64,000 bases of DNA from Asterias rubens (taxonomy: Eukaryota), in contig NC_047068.1 of NCBI RefSeq assembly GCF_902459465.1, positions 14,818,001-14,882,000 of the forward strand. The letters are read 5' to 3'. The position numbers and the translations under genes were made by a program. A model generated the notes under the pieces. It worked only from the letters and a program-made list of their open reading frames with translations, was not told where the DNA came from and ran no database searches. The stretch's first letter is position 1, and each line of letters begins with the position of its first letter. Below, one piece after another: positions 23,848 to 33,671 of this stretch.

Positions 23848-26392
23848 TTAATCAACATACACTGCTTCCCTTGTGTAAACATATTCGGGTTTCTTCTCGA
23901 AGGTGAACGGTGTAAACAACATAAAACCATCAGCTGCCCCTCGAGCTCCCCCTTTAGCAACCACCCCACTAAACACAATAATGATCGGATCCAGCACATC
24001 TTCCTTAATCTTGATGCTCAGAGCCAACTTGATCTTCTTATTAATGTGGTCCTTGGATGGCAACACAAGAAACTGTAGTCTCCATAGGCTACCTTTGTTC
24101 TCCTGTGCAGAGCGTACCCTCACCTCCCAGCTCTCTCGGTCCTCTTGCTGGTAAATGCCTTTCTTGGCTCGCCACACAGTCGCCCGGTGGTCTGAATAGG
24201 CGGTCAAAGAGTTACTACACCGAATGCGGGTATACAGGTCTGTTGAATCTCTCTTGCTTGATAGCTTGCTCGATAGCTTTCCCCCAGGGGAGACGTACTT
24301 CAGGTACAGACGGGGAGGGACAAAGCATTGCTCAGACACCTCCAAGAAGTCAGTCTCCTCGGATGCTAGGGCGCGGGCTTGGAGGGCATCTATGATGACC
24401 TCCGGGTGCTTGGTGGAGATGAGAAGGCCGAGTTTTGTTTTCTTGATTTGCTTCAGCTGCCAGATTGTCATGTTAGAGAAGCGGATATGGGGAAGAATCT
24501 TCTCAAGATTCTCCAAGATATGTTCCTCTTTACCTCCCCTACAATCAATCCATGTATCAATCTGAAATTCAATCAAGAGATAATCAAATTAAAAAAATGG
24601 CTGAAAAATATAGCACCAAGACCAGGACAAGGGCAACAGTGGTCATGGCCTCTGCTCCCTGTCAAACTAGGCCTGAGAAAAAAATATTATATGAAAATAT
24701 CAGGTTTTTAAAACAAAAGTTCTAAAGACAAATGATTGTACTTTTTTCTTTACCAACATACTTGTTGAAGTCCTAAAGAAAACCAAGATAAAAGTGAGCA
24801 ATTCTATACAAAATGGGTCAAAAGATACATGTGAAAATTAAATTTCAAAAGGTAGTTGCGTTTATCGCCGAAAATCCGCAGTAAATATGTCTGCGACCAG
24901 GTAGGAAGAATAATCCCTAATAATAGGAATCACAATCTCAGAAAAACTACTAATGCATCTTTTGGGGCATCAAAACTGAAATTTTTTACTTAACCAAACT
25001 ACTTGTTTTGAAATGTTTCTCACAATACTTTATACTATGGAAAGTTGCTGTAGGCTTCTGATTAAAAGTTTGTAATTATTTTTAAGAGTGATACAAAACA
25101 TAGACCTGCCCTTTAATAACCAGAAAGAATCAACATCAACAATGATCATCAAACTTTTGTATTATTGAACATGAAGTCTCTTTCTTATTGGCCATTTTGA
25201 CACATTGCTAGCTTAGTTTTCAGATGCAATAAAGTAAACCAAGATTCTAAAAAATAAATTTTCCATCTTAAAACTTACCCTCGAAAAGAGAGCATATTCA
25301 TCTTCCACCACAACTTCTGAGCTTTCAATAATGCTAATCATTTGATCAAGGCGTAGTACTTGCCAGGAAACATCCGGAATGTACTGGAAGTACGCACGCA
25401 GCACCTTCATACAGTTCTCCTGGAGTAGAACGAGGCGTTTCTTCTCTGCCTCTGCAAGCCACTCCAAGGCTTTATCCACACTGTGCTGGCCGATCTCTTT
25501 CCCGATAAACTGCTCACACAACTCCTGCAGTGGTTGGATCTTGTATTCCTGTGCCAAGTTCATGATCACCTTGACTGTAGTTTCAGTCAGATCGGCCTTT
25601 CCGGAGTACAGGAAGCTGAAAAATGTTGAGAGGCCGCCGTTGATATCAGTATTGCCACCGCTGTCTACTGAGATACCAGGGTCAACGTCTATGACAAGTA
25701 GCTCCTTACAGTCGCCCCCCTTTGCTGGTTTGCTTCCTTTGGCAAGTCTCTCTTCAAACACAGGACTCCATGCACTGAGGATCAGTCTGTGTGATCTGTA
25801 CTGAATGTAACCACACCGGATTAAGACATCGCTGAGCTCGGGCTGGTTGAAGAAACTCTTCATGTGGTTAGCAAGGGCACCAAACTTCCTGCAGGTCTTC
25901 CGTCCGGATTTCTTACCCTCTCCCTCAGCATCATCATTTGACCCCTCCATCTAAAATAAAACAAATGTGAAAAAAAAAAAAAAATTAGTTAAATTAGTTC
26001 CTTTTATCTAAAAGACTAGAACAGAACAGGAATATCTTTTTGAACATCTGCAAAACTCAAAAGTTTGAATGAATTGGTGTCTACAGCTTTCGCTGAAGTT
26101 TTTGCATCATAATGCGTTGAAGTACAGGACATATTTAGCAACACCCTTAGCAAAGGTCATAACTGTAGCTGCCATATCCAATTCAGTCTTAAAGTTAACT
26201 CATGTCAATCGCCATTTTTTTCTGTACAGCAGATGATGTAAAAATGGACCAATCAGAGAAGACTGCCCGTAAAACAGTTTTGGATCCTTTTTCCTCTCAC
26301 TGGCCACTTGTTCTGATGTCTTTTTGTTTTTGTTTACTCACTTTTGGTGTCTTTATCGAAACTCCTGGCTGCCAGTCCATATCCGATGCCAT
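23848..26392 (-). CDS. BTB/POZ-BACK protein C (~478 aa); coding exons 26392-26342, 25950-25279, 24561-23848
   Basis: Motifs FFNQPELSDVLIRCG, SHRLILSAWSPVF, FFSFLYSG, LAQEYKI, VVVEDEYALFSR|IDTWID, IRFSNM, PPRLY. Donors AAA|gtgagt and AGG|gtaagt, acceptors ttattttag|ATG and aatttcag|ATT, all phase 0. The first exon is less certain. Confidence 0.85.
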
Positions 26393-26757
26393 CAGTTTGC
26401 TTAAGAAATAAAAACCAAGAGAAGAAATTTAGTAGTAGAATGGGTTTGGCCAGTTACAAGTTGAGCCAAGAATAAAAAACAGAACTGAAGTAATTTGAAC
26501 TGGAGTGATAAAAAATAAAAAAACATCTAAAAAAAAAAAAAAAAACTAAACATATGAAAGTTACAAAAATATAAAATAAAATCAATTAATTAACAAAATA
26601 AATAAACTTTGGTAGTGCTGTAGTAGTGGATATGATTATTGCAGGCACCTTTTACTTGAACACTTAGGGCCTATAAGCAGGTTTACAGTACAACACCGTC
26701 TTTGGCGTTGTTTGCATGAATTTGCATACATGTCAGGTAAAGTAAAATACCCCATCT

Positions 26758-26848
26758 GTGCTTTGTGTAGAAACATATATGGACACGCGTCTGGGAACTA
26801 CAAAGAATAGTTCCCAGACGCGTGTCCATATGTTTGTACACAAAGCAC
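26758..26848. repeat. ~90-bp near-perfect inverted repeat (hairpin)
   Basis: gtgctttgtgtagaaacatatatggacacgcgtctgggaacta / tagttcccagacgcgtgtccatatgtttgtacacaaagcac. Confidence 0.75.
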
Positions 26849-27025
26849 GGATCGGGTTTATTTTCTTTCAGGACGAACGTGTGCAGATAATTCTCCACGT
26901 TTGTCCTGGAAAAAAAATATGCGCACGGTCGAGGACAATCGGCATTAGTAGTGTAGCGGTAAAAGAGCGGTAGTTGAGAAAATTCACACTAAAAATTAAT
27001 TCGGTTTTTACTGAAAACCTGTGAT

Positions 27026-27432
27026 ATATGTGACCCGCTACGTGAAAATGAGTCAGATGTCGCCCAATGCATTATTAAGTAATGGACAGTTTAATGTGAA
27101 AAAAATTTTTTTTAAAATCTATATTTGGATGTTTAACCGTTAGAACACTTCCTTTTAGGCAATAAAGCTTTGAAAACAACCATTTTGTGATCCTACTTAT
27201 GTCTTATTTGTATCCTTTTGCACGAAATGGTAGTTTAAAACATCACGCTACTTGTAATTCGTTTTTCAGACACACTGATGTGTTGGCTCATTTCAAACGG
27301 AACTAACTCCGCAACGCGATACACCCCAAGACATATACCAAATTACTGCTGTTGGTGTGGTCTTTCCATGCATATAACTCAATCCTTTAAATTGTCAACA
27401 TCTGACTCATTTTCACATAGTGGGTCACATAT
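27026..27432. mobile_element. MITE with ~35-bp TIRs
   Basis: atatgtgacccgctacgtgaaaatgagtcagatgt ... acatctgactcattttcacatagtgggtcacatat. Confidence 0.7.
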
Positions 27433-27701
27433 TTGAACAATTCCAAGTGTAGGGCTATCTCATCTGCAACTTCTGAAGCATTTAGATCGGTAAGTTACAT
27501 GATGCAGATCGTTGCACTTGCAGATGGTTTTTCAAGAAAGCGAAAGATTTTGATATCAGACGTGATGGGGCCAAGGATAAGGAGTGGATTGGACCGATTT
27601 ATGGGGCTAGTAGGCTATATAAGCAGAGTTTTGCTAAAGGCAATTTAACGGAGCGTGATTTGCCGGTTCATGGGGTGGTTGGTGGCCGAGAGGACTTTTT
27701 G

Positions 27702-28472
27702 GGGTTGTTCTAAAACCCCCTGGACCCACGACCCCCTCGACCCCTCGACTTTTGTGCGATTTTTTTTTCTGTACACTGAAATTGCCACAGTTCACAACCT
27801 CAGCCAATCACGCACACAATTTTGTATGCTGACGTCGACTACCATGCCTTGCTCATCACAACACAGCGTACGAGACAGACCATACACACGTAGTATGCAC
27901 GAAGCAAACTTCACGTGTTTGGCTGCTGTGATCGGGCCTGTGGCAATTGTGATGTACATGTGTACAGATAAAGAAAACGCGGCATTTCCACGCGTATTTC
28001 TTGGCAGATCCGAGATTATTATCCCAACTGGGAACCTGCGTTTACCGCCCGAGTACGATTACGGCCAACTCATTACGTGATGATCAGGCGGACCCATTTC
28101 CGGCCGATTGCTCCCGTCCTGTGCTGTGTACTTCCATGGTACTGAAGCGGAGCTCAAGGTTGTAGACCCGACCGATCAAATTGCCCACACGTGTTTTGGG
28201 GTCCCCAATCGTTGTGCATGTGACGTGCGGAAGCGGAGAGTAAATACTCCCAATTCTGTGTGTGGCTCTGTGTGTGTGACTTGAAATCAAGCCTAGTCGT
28301 GGAAGGAAAATTGCGTCGCGGATCACACACTTCTAAATCGGGGACTTAAATTAAATTCTTACTCAGCCGTAAAGCGACATTTCATAAATTCGGAATTGGG
28401 ACATTCTTCGAACACGGGGATGACGTCGAGGGGTCGTGGGTCGTGGGGGTCGAGGGGGTTTTAGAACAACCC
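27702..28472. mobile_element. Non-autonomous Mutator-like (MULE) element, 771 bp, with a 9-bp TSD
   Basis: TIRs gggttgttctaaaaccccct... / ...agggggttttagaacaaccc. A perfect 9-bp direct repeat GACTTTTTG is present at 27693-27701 and 28473-28481. Confidence 0.8.
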
Positions 28473-30043
28473 GACTTTTTGCCCGATCCGATGCACTTAC
28501 TTTTTAACGTTTTTTTAGTGAGATGTTTAATTACTTTATAAATTAGATGAAATTGAAAGAAACAATCCTAAACTAGACATTAAGTGTTTGTGAACAAACA
28601 CGAAGCTGTTCCTTGTTGTTTTGCTTGGATAAAGAAACAATCCTAAAAAAAAACAACTATTACTAAGCATCGACTTAAAAACACTTACCTTAAATTCCTT
28701 TGCGTAATCTACAAATCTTTAATGCGCCTTTAAGTGTCATAAGGTCGACCTCACACACCAAAAAAAGACAAATTATTGACTTGGTTGAAGCATAGAGACT
28801 TACTCTATCTATGGTTGAAGTTGTTGCGCGGTGTTGCAAGAAAACGGGGATTTTTTTAGCACGAAATATAAGTTTAGAAAATAGCGCCACCATGTGTATT
28901 GCTGATGCCATGGTAAGGAAAGCCCAAGGAACAAAACACACAAATTTCACCACCTCCGGATTGCTTCACAACCGCTGCCAGATGGAGTGGAGTAATCTGC
29001 TACAGTTTTACAGGGTTTTAACGCGGTTTTAATTTATCAAGTTTTCAGTCCATTTTTTAGGCCACTAAAATGGTTGTTATGGAACATGACCAGCAAAAAC
29101 TACTATATTTGTATAGGAACAGAGTACGTTTTGTTTGCATCATTTGTTACATTTTTGGGGCTCCATAAGTTTTCTACAACTAGGCCCTTTTCGAAACCAC
29201 GGCTTCGGCTCCAGATTAGGCTTAGGCTTGGCCCCGCGGTACGTGCTCAGCAGGCTTGGCTTCAGATGAGATAACGGAGACTGAAGCCGAATCCAAAGCC
29301 AAAACCGTATGTTCGAAAAGGCCTGTCACAGTCGTGCATTAATTTGCAAGAAATGCTGGCGGTAGTGTCGGCTGCATGGAGTGTTAATCGACCTGTTTGA
29401 CAGCAATAACACTCATTTATTCCAACAAGCAGTACTCTTCTCTTTCTGATATCTCCAGTCATTCAACAACTAAGGACGAATTCAGTACGTGAGAATAAAA
29501 AATAATTGGTCTAATCATGGATGGAGGTGGTAGGGCCTAGACATTTTAAATTTTTAATTCTCTACCTCCGCTCCATCATCCATGAATGAATGAATGATTT
29601 GATTTTGATGAGTTGATGGTCTGAATGATTTTGATTATGATCCTAAGTTTACACCATGTTGTTATTTTTGGTAATTGTATTGTAATGTTTATAGTATTTT
29701 TGGATAATCTTCCGCACGTCGCCACCAATTTATCCGCGGTTAATTAACTCCAAAACCACAGAATTTTTTCCTTACCTGGCTGAGAAGAAGGGTTACCGCA
29801 TGTCTAGTAATAATTATAATTTATTCAAATCAAAGTCAAATGAAGTTTTTAAAAAAGGGACATTTTCAACATTCCTTTTGTTGGAAAGGTTTCCGTATGG
29901 CGCCACCACTTTTTCATTCGAAATAAAATAATATAGTATCTAATTTACCTGATTGATATATCCATTTTTGTAAAAATGAGTGAAAAAGTGGTGGCGCCAT
30001 ACGGAAAGTTATCCCTTTTGTTTGGTAAAATGTGAGTGAAAAA

Positions 30044-30166
30044 TAGACCCAGTAACTGGGGGCGCTGGGGCGCTGTACTCCTTTTTCGAAATTTTGACAT
30101 TCTCCGAGAATGTCAGAATGTCAAAACTTCGAAAAAAGGAGTACAGCGCCCCAGTTACTGGGTCTA
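30044..30166. mobile_element. Palindromic MITE (tagacccagtaactggggcg TIRs); related ends near 18706, 38497, 38695-38712 and 38770-38790
   Basis: An almost perfect inverted repeat spans the whole element and is flanked by TA. Confidence 0.6.
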
Positions 30167-30752
30167 AGTGAAAAAGTGGTGGCAGGATACGGAAATCTTT
30201 CTCGCTGGATTGCAGAGTATACTGTTCAATTCAAACGTTGCGATCCAAACTGACGTGGACCAATTTCATAGAGCTGCTAAGCACAAAAATTTGCTTAGCA
30301 TGAAATGTTTAGCCTTGATAAAAACAGGATTACCAACCCAATTCCCACGTGATTTTCAGGATAAGCAAACAACATCTGAATACCAATAACAAGCAGTATG
30401 CAACAAATAAAAAATTTGTTGTTAATCCTGTTTTTATAAAGGAAGAAATGTCATGCTAAGCAAATTTTTGTGCTTAGCAGCTCTATGAAATTGGGCCCTG
30501 AGCTTGATAGTAGAACTATAAGTTTTAGAACCAACACTCCACAAACAAAAGAGATTTTACACGTGGTTGTACAGTGTACAAGCAGGTTTCCTTATAACAG
30601 ATAATTCTTACTCCGAGAACTATGAGGTTTGTGGAATCGTATATCGATAACGAAGCGAACCTCAAATTTCTAAAGAAATTTCTAGGATTATGCTAATTTT
30701 GTCAAAACAATTATTATTATTTTTATTCTCTTGACCTTTCTAGTAAGTAAAG

Positions 30753-33671
30753 ATGATGTTTGACGACTATGACGTGGATTATGATGATGATGACATCGAT
30801 GATGAGTTTCTGTACGATGCTGGCTCGGACGACGACGAATATTTCATGACTAGGAACGGAGAGCTGGTTTATGCTGGCGATGTCTATGAAGACTACTATG
30901 AATATGCCAATCATTTCGCAAAGAGCTCTCACTATTCGAAAAATGATTACTACAAAATGGAGGAGGCAAAAGTGAGATTATTCGCCAAATTTGTGTTAAT
31001 GATATTGGTCAAACCTTGCTTGCATGCTTCAGGGCTCGAATTTGGGGTTAAAAACCACAAGAACGCAGGGCTTTGTACGTAGAGCCCTTTAAAATGTTTA
31101 CTAGACCAGAATTTCATTTAACAAGACCGAACTTAAAAGGAGTTGAACTAGGACAAGATCTTGATACATGTAGATCTTAATTGTTTATGAAAGCGTACTT
31201 TGAATTGATATTCAAGAGAACTGAAGATATCAGATTGTTTTCAAAAAGTTTTCACAATGAGGTAGCCCATTATTTATTATTGAACGGAAACAGTAAGACC
31301 ACCTGGCTTGACAGGTCGGGAGTTTGAGTTCACTGGCCCGACGCTAAAATCTCTTGCCTCTGGCCTGAGGTCCAGTGTTAATTTTCAGCCCATGCTTCAT
31401 TTTTGAAAGGGCACCACAGGCATTTTCTCCTTTGTGTCAAAGGGCACCCTGTGAGGAAATAGTAAATTTCTACTGGAGCAATTGAAGGACACCAATGCAA
31501 TGACCAGGGGGCATGGAGGCAATCGCCTTTGCTGCCTTTATGGTGACGTATCAGGCCTGACCTTTAAAGGCAGTGGACACATTTGGTAATTGTCAAAGAC
31601 AAGTCTTCTCACTTGGTGCATCTCAACGTATGCATAAAATAACAAACCTGTGAAAATTTGAGCTCAATTGGTCATCGAAGTTGTGGGATAATAGTGAATG
31701 AAAAACACCCTTGTCACACGAAGTTGTGTGCTTTCAGATAATTGATTTCAAGACCACAAATTCTAAACTTGAGGTGTTGAAACCAAATTCGTGGAAATTT
31801 ACTTCTTTCTCGAAAACTATGGCACTCCAGAGGGAGCCGTTTCTCACAATGTTTTGTATTATCAACAGCTCCCCATTACTCATGACCACAGTAAGGTTTT
31901 ATGCTAATAATTATTTTGAGTAATTACCAATAGTGTCCACTGCCTTTAAGAAGACCCATCCAATTAAAATCCAACGGTATGATTAAATGTTTGGTTATGT
32001 AAGAGGATTGCACTTGTAAACTAAACTTTTAAATAAAAAACCTTAACATTGAAGTTATTACGTCCTGACTGCTGATAAAGTTTTCCATTTATGAAACAAT
32101 GTTGTCCTATTCCTGATAGCAAATTGTAGTTGGGTCTTAAATCTTAATTTCTGCTGCCTTGCATTAAATAAAACAAAACAATGTCTGCTATTTCCCAAAA
32201 CAAAACGATGTCTGCTGTTTCCTCAAGATCTTCCTCAAATCAAGGACAATTTTAGTTTTAGAAAAGGAACATCTGTTGCTTCAACTCTTATTTACACTCG
32301 TAATTTCTTTTCAATTTGCAGAATGAACTTGAGACCAACAATAAGCTTCTGGTCGGTGATCGCATGGCACGTTTTCTTAACAACCCTAAGCACAGTGACG
32401 TGACGCTAAAAGTTGGCCGTACTGTTTATCACGCCCATAAGATAATCCTTTGTTCCTGGAGCGAGGTGTTTCGGAAAATGTTCATCGATCCTTTGTGGTC
32501 CAGTCCAAGGAAAGGTGAAACCAACAGGCCGGGGCCTCAACAGCAGGTGCTTGTCGAGCCAGATGAATGCGTCAAGGTCTTCAAGGACTTCTTGAAGTTC
32601 ATGTACACAGAGACGGTAGAGTTGAGCGCAGAGAGAGTGTATCCCATCCTCACACTGGCTGATAAGTACATGGTTCAAGATTTGCGTGATGCCTGCGAAG
32701 ACTTTCTTCTAGAAGAAGTTGCTCACATCAGTGGGGAGGAAGCCTTGAAATTGTACGCAGAAGCGGAGAGACTTGGATTGGAAAGAGTCCAAGACCAATC
32801 AATCAAGGTTTTAGAAGCTAATATCGGCTACCTACCAGAGAGCTGCATACAGAGCATGAATGCTGATCTCCTCATCAGGTTACTTCAGAGTTCAAAGCTG
32901 CTAGTTGAAGACGAGCATGCCGTGTGTGAGCTTGCTGTGCAGTGGCTTAGCGTCGAGGGAGAACAAGCGGAGCGAAAGGTACACGCAGTGGAAATCTTAT
33001 CGCTTATCCGCTTTCCTCACATGCCATCTAAAAAACTCAAGAGCATTCTTGATTCATCACTACCACAGGATATGGAGAATGCCTACAACTCCAAGTTGAC
33101 GGAAATGATTTACAAAGCATTTGAATGGCGGGCCCTAGTCGCAGAGGAGGCGCACACAGCCATGGAAGATGATTTCGTGGAGCCGCGCATATATCTGAAT
33201 CAAGCCTTTTCACTTCACAACAAGGGTTTCTCAAGCATGACCCAAAGTGATGGTGAAAAGTTTCGGAAACTGACACTCTACACCGAAGAACAAGACGATT
33301 ACTACCACTCTAAACTCACCTTCCGTGCTTCCTCAGCAACCGACAAAAACATCTACAAGTTTGGTAAAAGTTCCTGGGAGGTGAGCGCCTATTCCTCCAA
33401 GGAATGCGATGCCTGGAACATTAACTACACCATCCGAACGAGTCAAGAGCTTGGACAGCCGTACAGAGTAGCAGTCTTAACTCGCCTGACTGATGAAGGC
33501 CAGGACCCCATAGTAACCATACACGATGGAAACACTAAGGAGAAGTTCACGCTTAGTGTTTCCTCAGCTCTGCTTAAACTCAACGAGATGCCCATCAAAG
33601 TGTGGACCAAGATGGCAATTTTTATAGGGAGGAAGAAGAGTGATCCAAACGCACACATACACGTGGACTGA
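30753..33671 (+). CDS. BTB/POZ-BACK protein D (~522 aa) with an acidic Asp/Tyr-rich N-terminus; coding exons 30753-30971 and 32322-33671
   Basis: Motifs FLNNPKHSDVTLKVG, YHAHKIILCSWSEVF, FLKFMYT, LTLADKYMV, LLVEDEHAV, IRFPHM, AFEWRAL..EPRIY. Donor AAA|gtgaga after 73 codons and acceptor ttttcaatttgcag|AAT are both phase 0. An upstream acceptor cctttctag lies at ~30743. Confidence 0.88.

Noticed and set aside
24057-25804. Antisense ORFs over genes C and D, the LRR gene (39205-39621, 39813-40172) and fascin (53071-53412)
   Set aside because: They are shadows of real coding sequence on the opposite strand, with no independent evidence.
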